NCBI GenBank assembly: GCA_964349985.1
Contig: CAYGIR010000001.1
Coordinates: forward strand, 1 to 42,604
DNA length: 42,604 nt
Source of the DNA: an uncultured Candidatus Saccharibacteria bacterium
GTDB lineage: Bacteria; Patescibacteriota; Saccharimonadia; Saccharimonadales; CAYGIR01
Direction of reading: 5' to 3'
Below the pieces are notes generated by a model that searched no databases, was not told where the DNA came from, and worked only from the letters and a program-made list of their open reading frames with translations. Below are positions 25,841 to 36,610 of the stretch, piece by piece (positions within the stretch are counted from its first letter, which is position 1; the number at the start of each line of letters is the position of its first letter). The position numbers and the translations under genes were made by a program.

Positions 25841-26830
25841 ATGGAAAATCAACCGTCGGACGAAAATGAACTGAATACGTTGGAGGAGTCAAGCACAGAG
25901 CTTGACGGTCAAGAACCAACCACGACTGGGACAACTAACGAACCTGTGTCTACCGCTGTTCCTAGCCCAAAAAAACAATTTAGCCTCAAGGGCGGCATTC
26001 AGGGCTTAATTGGACGTCTTAATATATATTTGCTCATATTCGTGCTAATCATCGTACTGACCACCGGCTTTACAATCGCGAGTATCCAGCGAAACAAAAA
26101 AGAAGACACTCCGGTGTCCATAGAAACTCAGGCTCTAACAGAAGAAACCCTCAAAAAGCTTAATTCCAGCGATGCCAAAATTGGTGATCCAAAACAAACA
26201 TTATTGGTAGAGTCCAACGCAATATTCGCTGGCAAAGTATTGATAAAGGATAGCCTTGACGTAGCCGGAACCATAAAAGTTGGCGGAGCACTAAGTTTGC
26301 CTGGATTAACGGTCGCCGGAAATAGCACTTTGGACCAGATTCAAGGCAATAGCTTGACTATATCCGGAGATGCCAACATTCAAGGTCAGCTGACAGCCCA
26401 AAAAGGCATCACAGTCACTGGGGGCGGTAGTTTTGGCGGACCAATATCCGCGCCACAAATCACAATCCAGAGCCTTCAACTAAGTGGAGATTTGCAGCTA
26501 CAACGCCATATTGATGCCGGCGGCACGGCTCCAGGCAAAACCGATGGTCCCAAACTCGGTTCTGGTGGCACATCCAGCGTCAGCGGAACAGACACAGCAG
26601 GTACCGTAACAATTAATCTAGGGGGCAACCTTCCGCAAGGTGATGGCTGTTTTGTAACTATTAACTTCACCCAAAAATTCAACGATATTCCACATGTTGT
26701 AATTACGCCGATTGGACCCGGTGCCGCTGGTCTAAACTATTATGTCAACCGAACGAATACAAATTTTCAGGTTTGCGCTACCAATGCTTCATCCGGTAGT
26801 TTCTCATTCGACTATATAGTCATCGATTAA
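25841..26830 (+). CDS. Membrane-anchored protein with a beta-helix-like repeat stalk and a C-terminal H-type-lectin-like domain
   Basis: Acidic, Thr-rich N-terminus and TM IYLLIFVLIIVLTTGFTIASI. Repeats: VLIKDSLDVAGTIKVGGALSLPGLTVAGNSTLDQIQGNSLTISGDANIQGQLTAQKGITVTGG. The C-terminus VTINFTQKFNDIPHVVITPIG...VNRTNTNFQVCA...FSFDYIVI fits the H_lectin pattern by eye. Confidence 0.5.
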   Translation: MENQPSDENELNTLEESSTELDGQEPTTTGTTNEPVSTAVPSPKKQFSLKGGIQGLIGRLNIYLLIFVLIIVLTTGFTIASIQRNKKEDTPVSIETQALTEETLKKLNSSDAKIGDPKQTLLVESNAIFAGKVLIKDSLDVAGTIKVGGALSLPGLTVAGNSTLDQIQGNSLTISGDANIQGQLTAQKGITVTGGGSFGGPISAPQITIQSLQLSGDLQLQRHIDAGGTAPGKTDGPKLGSGGTSSVSGTDTAGTVTINLGGNLPQGDGCFVTINFTQKFNDIPHVVITPIGPGAAGLNYYVNRTNTNFQVCATNASSGSFSFDYIVID

Positions 26831-27114
26831 ACATCCAGAAACACGACGACCTCGTCTTTTTTTACATGCATAATGCCACGTGTAATTGTCACCTTTTCTT
26901 CTTGCTCGCCATTGCGTATAACAATCTCACAAGGGCTTAAAAGCGTCATGAAATTGTGATGACCCGCCAAAATATCAAACGGACCAGTGAGATTTTCGGC
27001 CGATATGCTTTCTGCCTGCCCATCGTAATAGACTTTAAACGGAGCATAGACTTTGACATGCATATCACTCAATGATTTTGGTGCTTGTGTCTTAGTTACT
27101 AATTCATCGGACAT
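26827..27114 (-). CDS. atpC: F1 epsilon-like subunit (beta-sandwich domain only)
   Basis: The 95 aa sequence VKVYAPFKVYYDGQAESISAENLTGPFDILAGHHNFMTLLSPCEIVI...ITRGIMHVKKDEVVVFLD matches the epsilon N-terminal domain. There is no C-terminal helical hairpin. Confidence 0.7.
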   Translation of the reverse strand: MSDELVTKTQAPKSLSDMHVKVYAPFKVYYDGQAESISAENLTGPFDILAGHHNFMTLLSPCEIVIRNGEQEEKVTITRGIMHVKKDEVVVFLDV

Positions 27115-27127
27115 AATTAATAATCTG

Positions 27128-29294
<2,167 letters not shown>

Positions 29295-29298
<4 letters not shown>

Positions 29299-30815
29299 TT
29301 TGTTGCCTCTTCTTTATCCTTGGCAGCAGATTTTGTTGTAACATCAAACTCAGTAGGGGGCGGAACAACAACGGGTGCCGGAGACGCGCCTTTTAGTTCT
29401 ACCCTTACTTTAGCCGATAACTCGTCTCGTAGCTTGTCATACTTTGTGTCATCAGTAATTTTTCCTGCGTATTCAGAAACATGTAGTTTCAAGGCTGAGG
29501 TATCCAAAACATCGCCATCATTGAGGTTCAGAATAATATCTAGCATTAGTTGCTGTGCCATGAACGAATAAGTATCTGAGGGGCTCTGCGTGAGCATCTC
29601 AAAAATGTATTTACCAGTTTGGAGAGCCTTCTTAGCCTCCAGTGCAAGTTCTGAGCCAAAGTGTGAAAACTCCTCCGCCTGACGATAATCAGCCAGAAGT
29701 TTTAACGTTTGGGCCGCCAGAGCTTTTTGACGCTTGTTGTGTCCAACCCCACCCACGCGAGTCACGCTCAGACCTATATTAATTGCCGGACGTATACCAT
29801 TTCTAAAAATATCCATGTCTAAAATCCATTGCCCATCTGTAATCGACATAATGTTAGTAGGTAAATATGCGGTTATATCACCACCGGCGGCATTCACTAG
29901 AGGCAAACTGGTCAAATGCGCACCATTAGAGTCCAAACGCCCGGCTCGTTCAAGCAGGCTGGAGTGCGCAAAGAACATATCGCCAGGATATGAATCACGC
30001 CCCGGACTGATGCCACTCATCAAGGCCACCTCTCTATAAGCATGTGCGTGACTAGTGAGATCATCATAAATAATGATTGTATCTTGGGCCAGTTGTTGCC
30101 AAAGATACTCTGCCATAGCCACTCCCACATACGGTGCTATATAGCTCATGATCAAGGACTCAAACATAGTGCTCACTATAACGATAGCCTTTTCCAGCCC
30201 ACCGTTTTCTTTGAGGCGGGTCAGCAAAGTGTCCACATCGCTTCGACGTTTGGCAATCAGTACATACACCACTACTTGATCGGTATTTTTTTGATTGATA
30301 GTAAGTTGGGTTACGAGCGTACTTTTGCCAGATTTGCCATCTCCCAATAGTGCCATACGTTGTCCGCGTAAGACCGGAAAAAGAGCATCGATAACCGTTA
30401 CACCACTTTCGAGTTGCGTATCAAGCAATTTACGAGCATACAATGGTGGCGCCGTATTAAAGACCGGCCAGACCGCGTCGGCCGCGATTGGACCCTTACC
30501 ATCCATTGGTTCGCCCATAACAGTTATCACTCGACCAACAAAATCCTTCCCCACCTTGCAAACCAATTCTTGATGTTGTACAACTCCAACCATGCCAGGT
30601 CGTAACGTAATCGCACCTAAATGCAACACAACGACATAATCTGTCTGAATTTGATTTACAAAACCCTTACTACCATCTTCGAACATAACAAGAGCATGAA
30701 TATTACAAGGCTGCAAACCACGAACACGCACCAAAAACTTGTCTACCGCGATAACTTCACCAACTGGATTCCCTCCGGCGACAAGCTTATCAAAATGTTG
30801 ATTACCGGAATTCAT
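29295..30815 (-). CDS. atpA: F1 alpha-like subunit (divergent P-loop, C-terminal extension)
   Basis: The P-loop is GDGKSGKST, where canonical alpha has GDRQTGKT. Also [40 protein letters not shown] and ITDGQWILD. There is an extra ~35 aa Pro/Lys/Glu tail. Confidence 0.85.
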
Positions 30816-31399
30816 GCGACAGATCCTTCAGTCACAGTTACTGTAGCTACCGGTTTGGCCGGTTCAATGAGGTGCAGTTTAGAAATAAGTAACTCCTTTT
30901 GTGCGCTGAATCTGGTACGCAAACTAAAATCATGATATTTATTTGTAGTACGAACTACACAACCCGCACCAATGTTAGGATGCAGACCTATCTGCAATAA
31001 TACGAGTGGGTGAATCTGCTGACGAATCCATGTAATCAAACGTTGCTGAAACATCGGCGAAGGATCCGTACTAAAACTAATGTGCAAGGTTGGAGCAGTC
31101 GAACGAACAGCTACCAAAAAACGCATGAGCAATTGCCGGTCGGCTTGCTGTAACATATTGAGCTTGTTGATCGCAACGACTTCATCAAACAAACGGCTTG
31201 ATTTAGGAAGTTGGATAGGGTTTCCTGTCTGCCGAATAGCCGCTTGACCTAGAAAGTTATCCACTGCCTCAGCTTCTTGAACCAATCGTCCGACATCACT
31301 ATGCGTAACAACCCCCAATGGTAGTTGCAATCCTGTCGTGACAGATTTTGATATGAATTCATTCGAGTTAGCAGATTGAGGTATCGGTTCAACTCCCAT
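30812..31399 (-). CDS. Delta/OSCP-like subunit (only the C-terminal part is recognisable)
   Basis: It occupies the delta position between the b-like and alpha genes. The C-terminal [30 protein letters not shown] resembles the OSCP motif (d..l.GG.vv..g....D.S....l). The N-terminal half is not recognisably OSCP. Confidence 0.5.
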   Translation of the reverse strand: MGVEPIPQSANSNEFISKSVTTGLQLPLGVVTHSDVGRLVQEAEAVDNFLGQAAIRQTGNPIQLPKSSRLFDEVVAINKLNMLQQADRQLLMRFLVAVRSTAPTLHISFSTDPSPMFQQRLITWIRQQIHPLVLLQIGLHPNIGAGCVVRTTNKYHDFSLRTRFSAQKELLISKLHLIEPAKPVATVTVTEGSVA

Positions 31400-32009
31400 T
31401 GGTGATATCCTCTATAATGTCCTTTTTGTTCTCATTCAGCTCACTCAAAATGTATTCCAACTGATCATTCAGGTCAATTTGATTGCCAATAGCTGCCAAA
31501 ACGTAATGATTGACGATATCCGCCATGTTTTCTTCAAAGTGCTTTAGTAAACGTGATTTTTCATTGGCAATCTCTTGGGCCATCTGTTGACTCATCATTT
31601 GTCGTTGTTGCTCAATAGCCGCTTGCGTTTTGGTAATTGATTCTAGTGCTAATTCCTTGGCATCAGATATGGATTCTTCGTATTTAGCAAACTCTTCTTG
31701 TAATTTTTGAGTAATTTCCGACTTCATGTATTCGTTTAGCTGAGAAGTGGTCAATCTTAGATCTTGCTGAAGAAACATCGCGTTTTCACCAATTATTTTT
31801 TCAAAGTGCAACCGCCCCCGATTACGTAGCTCCTCCCGGAACTCCTCATTAAATAAGTGTTCCGTGTCTCTTTCTGCTAGTTCAGTCAGTGATTCACTGG
31901 AGCCAGTGGACTTGTGGCTTGCCTTTAATTGGGTAGCTAAATACACAAAAGCGGCTGTAGCGGCCCCGATTATACCGAGTGTTAGTATAAGTCCGTATAT
32001 GTCAGTCAT
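31389..32009 (-). CDS. b-like stator-stalk subunit (single N-terminal TM plus long coiled coil)
   Basis: TM LILTLGIIGAATAAFVYLA followed by ~170 aa of Glu/Gln/Lys-rich heptad-like helix. It occupies the atpF position. Confidence 0.55.
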   Translation of the reverse strand: MTDIYGLILTLGIIGAATAAFVYLATQLKASHKSTGSSESLTELAERDTEHLFNEEFREELRNRGRLHFEKIIGENAMFLQQDLRLTTSQLNEYMKSEITQKLQEEFAKYEESISDAKELALESITKTQAAIEQQRQMMSQQMAQEIANEKSRLLKHFEENMADIVNHYVLAAIGNQIDLNDQLEYILSELNENKKDIIEDITNGS

Positions 32010-32032
32010 CTATGCCCACCCCGTTACTTGTC

Positions 32033-32881
32033 TTATAACCTTAAGATTAAATATACTCCAAAAACTCCCGTAATGAAAATAATTATACCAGTCAAAACTA
32101 CTTGTAGCATACCGCGGATAATGGATTTTCGACTTAAAGGGTTACGACCTATAGAGATAATCCCACTACGCACCCCACTAAACAATAAACTACCCGCCAC
32201 AACTGCGGTAATCCCGAAAACAAGAACGCTCACGTATACCCTAGCGGCATTAACCGGCTTACCAGCTATTGTTTCGGCAACTTTTCGTAAAGCACCAGGT
32301 AGGTTTGGTTCTACTGCTTTGAGTAGAGGGTTTTTGGCAATTCCTACATCAACTTCAATACGCCCGATATCCACCCGGTGTGATGCTCCGGTGCTATCCT
32401 TGACATCCATAGTACTGATAACCCCTTTGCTGCCATCAAATTCGGCAACCGCTCTACCGATTACGAATGGTTGAATCGTCCCAGCTTTCATGCCAATACC
32501 CGCTAAAGCTGATACTACAATATAATCACCAATTACAATCTTACCCGCTTGAGTGCTCACCAAAACTTCACTACGGCCATTATTCGCGACGAAAACTTTC
32601 TGCCCATCGCTTGCCAAGGATATCGGGGAATCGTTGGAATTTACCACGACTCCATGCATGTGTTCAGAAGCGTCACTATCTACCGGCTCAACTTTTGTGA
32701 CATCGTTCTTTTTCAATCGCACAATCATGCCACGTTGCAGGGCTTGATCCGCATAATAACCTGTTGTAACAGATTGCGCGCTAATCGGCGAATAAACACT
32801 GGCAGCAATCAACAACTGTAGTCCAATCAATGCGAGTATGCGTTGCCAAGTAAGATAGTTCTTTATTTTTGTCTTGATCAT
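32033..32881 (-). CDS. Signal-peptide protein: ~190 aa extracytoplasmic beta-rich domain fused to a C-terminal c-subunit-like helical hairpin lacking the carboxylate
   Basis: Signal peptide ...SVYSPISAQS. The C-terminus VLVFGITAVVAGSLLFSGVRSGIISIGRNPLSRKSIIRGMLQVVLTGIIIFITGVFGVYLILRL has two Gly-rich TM helices joined by an R-N-P loop, like F/V-type c subunits. Neither helix contains a D or E. Confidence 0.55.
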   Translation of the reverse strand: MIKTKIKNYLTWQRILALIGLQLLIAASVYSPISAQSVTTGYYADQALQRGMIVRLKKNDVTKVEPVDSDASEHMHGVVVNSNDSPISLASDGQKVFVANNGRSEVLVSTQAGKIVIGDYIVVSALAGIGMKAGTIQPFVIGRAVAEFDGSKGVISTMDVKDSTGASHRVDIGRIEVDVGIAKNPLLKAVEPNLPGALRKVAETIAGKPVNAARVYVSVLVFGITAVVAGSLLFSGVRSGIISIGRNPLSRKSIIRGMLQVVLTGIIIFITGVFGVYLILRL

Positions 32882-32909
32882 AGGACTTTGGTATTTTAGT
32901 TATAATAAA

Positions 32910-32938
32910 ATTATAGACTTAATTAACCAGCTTCGCAA
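32910..32938 (-). promoter_or_regulatory. Candidate promoter of the F1-like operon
   Basis: The minus strand reads TTGCGA-17 nt-TATAAT. The -35 lies inside the 3' end of the upstream cysteine desulfurase gene, and the -10 is 28 nt upstream of the 282-aa gene ATG. Confidence 0.55.
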
Positions 32939-34067
32939 GCACTCTCACTGTATCACTCAAATCTTGTGATGTCGTCTGTCTACCCATACTAAAGCGAAGA
33001 GAAGACTGCGCCCGTACATCCGATAACCCTATTGCCTTTAGTACATGAGAGGGTTCGTCCTTGCTGGCACTACAGGCCGAACCAGCCGAACATAATATGC
33101 CGGCTTCATCAAGCCCAAAAACCAAGCGCTCGTTGTCACAATCAGGAATTGTGATATGAATATTGTTGGGAAGTCGATGTTTCACGGACCCGTTGATTGA
33201 TACCGATGATATTCGTGACACCAATAATTTCATAAACTCATTTTGCAATTTGCTCAATCTGATTGATTCGGATTTTTGCTTGAACACAGCAATCTCCAGA
33301 GCTTTAGTAAAACCAATTATGCCAGCAACGTTTTCCGTACCACTACGCCTGTTAAATTCCTGCCCGCCACCATGTACCAACGGCATAAGTTTGACATGTG
33401 ACGCCACAAACAAAACCCCACTCTGTTTCGGACCATAAATCTTACCACCGTTGAGTGTCATCAAATCCACACCCAACCGATGTACATGAAGATCAAGATA
33501 ATTAGGAGCCTGGCAGGCATCAATATGAAAATACAATGGTAGGTTATTGCCTTTTTGCAAGCGATCCTTACGAATTATCTGCAATGCCGTTGCGATTCTT
33601 TTGATAGGCTGAACTGTACCTATTTCGTTATTGGCGTACATGACGCTTACCAGTACAGTTTTGTCAGTGATCGCCGCCACAACCTTACTGGGCTCAACTA
33701 GGCCGTCTGGCTTAGGCACTACCTCTGTTTGTGACCAACCCCGTTCAGCCATAAACTCCAAGGGGGCACGGATAGAATCATGCTCCAAGGCTGTAGTCAC
33801 AACATGACTGTCAGGAAAAGCTTGCAAAATCCCAATCAAAGCCTGGTTGTTCGCCTCTGTCCCTCCAGCCGTGAAGATCACTTCTATCGGTCTAGCTCCA
33901 AGTAAACTGGCAACCGTCCTCCGAGCCACATTCAAATCTTCGCGTACGGATTTAGCAGCCAGATAAGTTGCCGACGGATTATAAAACTTTTGAGTCAAAT
34001 ACGGTTGCATAGCTTCAACCACCAATCTATCCATCGGTGTAGCCGCCGCATAATCCAAGTAAGTCAT
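32919..34067 (-). CDS. Cysteine desulfurase (class V aminotransferase, NifS/IscS-like)
   Basis: FTAGGTEANN, HIDACQAP, PLP-Lys region LNGGKIYGPKQSGVLFV, and the catalytic Cys loop SAGSACSA. Confidence 0.9.
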   Translation of the reverse strand: MTYLDYAAATPMDRLVVEAMQPYLTQKFYNPSATYLAAKSVREDLNVARRTVASLLGARPIEVIFTAGGTEANNQALIGILQAFPDSHVVTTALEHDSIRAPLEFMAERGWSQTEVVPKPDGLVEPSKVVAAITDKTVLVSVMYANNEIGTVQPIKRIATALQIIRKDRLQKGNNLPLYFHIDACQAPNYLDLHVHRLGVDLMTLNGGKIYGPKQSGVLFVASHVKLMPLVHGGGQEFNRRSGTENVAGIIGFTKALEIAVFKQKSESIRLSKLQNEFMKLLVSRISSVSINGSVKHRLPNNIHITIPDCDNERLVFGLDEAGILCSAGSACSASKDEPSHVLKAIGLSDVRAQSSLRFSMGRQTTSQDLSDTVRVLAKLVN

Positions 34068-34095
34068 CTGTATAGATTAAGGGTTATTATAATAA

Positions 34096-34464
34096 TTAGG
34101 CAATGTTGGCGTACATTTCACGATTGACACGCTCAACGTAAATGTGGGCAGCCTGACGCAAACGCCTAGCCTCATCGTTCGATAATTTTTGATAATGCCC
34201 GTTTTGAGCTTTCAGAACACCATCCGGTCGCACGTCGTAGCGCGTGGTTCGGACTTGATGTTGATTGTTGGTATCCCTCCACTCCTCGTGCCATACCCAT
34301 GTGTGTTCATCCAAACAGAAAAATTCTCGTCTGTGCCCAGCAGGTATTGGCCCAAAGACCTCACCGCCGATTTTTGCCTCGTGACGAATAAGATTGCGAT
34401 ACAGATCAGCCTCGCGCTGATCCGCCCGCTGACCTAAAACGTTATTAAGCAGCTTTTGGAACAT
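34096..34464 (-). CDS. Hypothetical protein (~122 aa)
   Basis: The start is taken at MFQKLL (34464), which gives a 20-nt overlap with the upstream ORF. The Trp/His-rich core is FFCLDEHTWVWHEEWRD. No family recognised. Confidence 0.4.
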   Translation of the reverse strand: MFQKLLNNVLGQRADQREADLYRNLIRHEAKIGGEVFGPIPAGHRREFFCLDEHTWVWHEEWRDTNNQHQVRTTRYDVRPDGVLKAQNGHYQKLSNDEARRLRQAAHIYVERVNREMYANIA

Positions 34465-34765
34465 CACGTACCCTTTCTTTTGCCTCTTCTGCTGGCACAG
34501 CCAAGTTTTGTGCCTCAAGAGCAAGACGTCGACGTCTTGAAAACTCATCATTACCCTCATCGACAGTCAACCCCCCCAATTCAGGATATACATCAGGTTT
34601 TATGTCTGTTGGTACAGTGGGTACGTCCTCATATATGCCTACTAGAGGCTCCTCTGGCGTAGCCCGGTCTATTAGCCCCAGCGCGTGCGGCAAAACACTC
34701 AACTTACGCTGCTGCGCAGGATTGTAGGATGCTGGTACTTGTTCTCCGCTATATTGATTATTCAT
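34445..34765 (-). CDS. Hypothetical Pro/Glu-rich protein (106 aa)
   Basis: The ORF begins 4 nt after the tatD stop. It is low-complexity and probably disordered. Confidence 0.35.
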   Translation of the reverse strand: MNNQYSGEQVPASYNPAQQRKLSVLPHALGLIDRATPEEPLVGIYEDVPTVPTDIKPDVYPELGGLTVDEGNDEFSRRRRLALEAQNLAVPAEEAKERVRDVPKAA

Positions 34766-34768
34766 AAT

Positions 34769-35593
34769 CTACTCCAGTGAAAATAAATTGCAGGCATTCT
34801 GGGTCGTTATTTTGGCAAGGTCTGCCAAATCTTCGTCCCGTAAGCCTGCTAAAAACTCCGCCGTAACACGCAAATGTTTAGGCTGACAGATTGTACCACG
34901 CTCGGGCACAGGTGTCAAGAACGGCGCGTCTGTTTCCAATAGTAATATGTCGATTGGCACCGCCTTAGCCACCTCTAATTGTTGGGTATTTTTCGTAAAT
35001 GTCATTATCCCATTTAGGCCTACGTACAACCCCCTGGACAAGACTTGCTCCAACTCCGCTCTATCAGAGGAAAAACTATGTACAACGCCCCTAAACCTTC
35101 CAAAATTGTCCAAAATGCGCCAAAAGTCCGGAAACGCTTCCCGAACATGAAAAATCAACGGTAAATCGTGTTTCTGGGCAAGTTCCAGCTGAAATTCCAA
35201 TATTTCCCTTTGAGCAGGTTTGGGTGAATGTAAATAATAATAATCCAACCCGCATTCGCCAATAGACACCACTCTGGGACGGCTCACAAGCTCGGCGAAC
35301 GTGGTTTGAGTAGCTTTACTCAGATGATATTTAGCCTCATGCGGATGAATTCCAACACTAGCCCAGCAATTTGGCTGCGTTCCCGCCAAATCCACAGCCA
35401 TCTCGCTGTCGCGAAGCGTGCATCCTACACAAATAAGCCGTGTTATTCCTGCCACCTCAGCATCTTTAATCAGTCGATCCGGACTGGTTATCCCTGCTTT
35501 TTCCCACTTATTCCGAACAAACTCATCTCCGCCAGTCCCCATAGTAGCTTCGTGAATATGACAATGCGTATCCACAAATTCCAAACTTCCCAT
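34769..35593 (-). CDS. tatD: TatD-family metal-dependent hydrolase (DNase)
   Basis: FVDTHCHI, IGECGLDYYY, FHVREAF, VHSFS and LLLETDAPFL are the TatD motifs. Confidence 0.85.
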   Translation of the reverse strand: MGSLEFVDTHCHIHEATMGTGGDEFVRNKWEKAGITSPDRLIKDAEVAGITRLICVGCTLRDSEMAVDLAGTQPNCWASVGIHPHEAKYHLSKATQTTFAELVSRPRVVSIGECGLDYYYLHSPKPAQREILEFQLELAQKHDLPLIFHVREAFPDFWRILDNFGRFRGVVHSFSSDRAELEQVLSRGLYVGLNGIMTFTKNTQQLEVAKAVPIDILLLETDAPFLTPVPERGTICQPKHLRVTAEFLAGLRDEDLADLAKITTQNACNLFSLE

Positions 35594-35604
35594 CTCTCTA
35601 TTCT

Positions 35605-35765
35605 ACACGAGTTTCGCGCTTAACCATTGATGCCAGCTTGCTCATGAACGAGCGAGAGCTTTCAATCTGAGTGAGACTTGGGCCATAAGTTATGTTAAGG
35701 GAGGAGTGAAAGTTCGAAGCCGTTCAGGTGTGACCTGGGGCAATGGAAAAGTGCGAAACTCGTGT
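35605..35765. other. 161-nt element closed by 15-bp inverted repeats: a candidate structured small RNA or a MITE-like insertion
   Basis: ACACGAGTTTCGCGC (35605-35619) pairs with GTGCGAAACTCGTGT (35751-35765). Nested helices: CCATTG/CAATGG (35624-29 / 35741-46), GAGCTTTCA/TGAAAGTTC (35656-64 / 35707-15), and three local hairpins. No ORF inside. Confidence 0.5.
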
Positions 35766-35848
35766 CTACAGCAACCCTTTATTGCATAGGATTTTGATCA
35801 TGATAAGTCGGAGAAAGGTGTTTCTAAGAGCTAATACTTATATATCTG

Positions 35849-36610
35849 TTAGCTCCTAGATAGTATAGACATCAGTTTATCAAAATTTTGGGGGTGGGCT
35901 ACCAAGAAACTGGGGTTTGTGTAGTCGTAACTATCGCTACCGAAGTTCGCTATCTTTGCACCTGCCTCTTGGTACAACAAAGATCGTGGCGCATAGTCCC
36001 ACGAACTGCCGTTTCCCATAAACGAAATTAAACCGTCTATTTTTCCCGTAAACATCAGTGATAAATCGTGAAATCCACCAAAATTAGCAATGTGTGGTCT
36101 TAACGCAATAATTTTTGCTGTAAATTCCGAATCGGATAAAGCCGATGTTACGTCAATCCAAGACCGATTAAGCGGTCGATAGAAAATTTGGATCTTATCG
36201 CCGTTGCATACAGCACCCTTGCCCCGACGAGCTAAATAAAACTCATCCCTGACAAAAAAATATATTAATGACCAAATAACCTGCCCGTTATCGATTAAAC
36301 ATATTTGTGTCCGGCATGAGGGTATGCCACGGATAAACTGCTCTGTCCCGTCTATTGGATCAACTAGCCAGTATGTTTTGCGACTACCTTCTTGGGCAAA
36401 TTCTTCGCCCTCAATACCAATTCCAGGATCAATAGTGCGCAACAGTTCACGAAGTTGTTGCTCTAGCTGTTTGTCCAAGTGCGTAACAACCGTTCGATCC
36501 GCTTTTGATGTATAGTCCACTTTCCCAAAGAACTGCATGAGTTCCGGACGAGCGGATCGCAGAAAAGCAACTATTCTAGCCTCGGCATCCGTAATAAAAT
36601 CATCGTTCAT
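35849..36610 (-). CDS. Inositol monophosphatase family protein
   Basis: Contains WLVDPIDGTEQFIRGIP and SSWDYAP motifs. Confidence 0.8.
   Translation of the reverse strand: MNDDFITDAEARIVAFLRSARPELMQFFGKVDYTSKADRTVVTHLDKQLEQQLRELLRTIDPGIGIEGEEFAQEGSRKTYWLVDPIDGTEQFIRGIPSCRTQICLIDNGQVIWSLIYFFVRDEFYLARRGKGAVCNGDKIQIFYRPLNRSWIDVTSALSDSEFTAKIIALRPHIANFGGFHDLSLMFTGKIDGLISFMGNGSSWDYAPRSLLYQEAGAKIANFGSDSYDYTNPSFLVAHPQNFDKLMSILSRS

Noticed and set aside
34445-34560. The overlap of the 106-aa and 154-aa ORFs, considered as evidence of a frameshifted single gene.
   Set aside because: Using the internal ATG (34464) leaves only a 20-nt overlap typical of coupled genes. The sequence upstream of that Met in the 154-aa frame looks random, and no family match is available to support a fusion.
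35665-35745. TPP-riboswitch-like (CUGAG...ACCUGG) and RNase P-like (GGAGGAGUGAAAGUUCG) strings, and a T-loop-like AGTTCGAAGCC, inside the inverted-repeat element.
   Set aside because: - The TPP cores (GGGGUGC...ACCC, CUGAGA, AUAAUGCCAGCG) are absent.
- The element is far too short for RNase P RNA.
- No acceptor, D or anticodon arms can be drawn for a tRNA.
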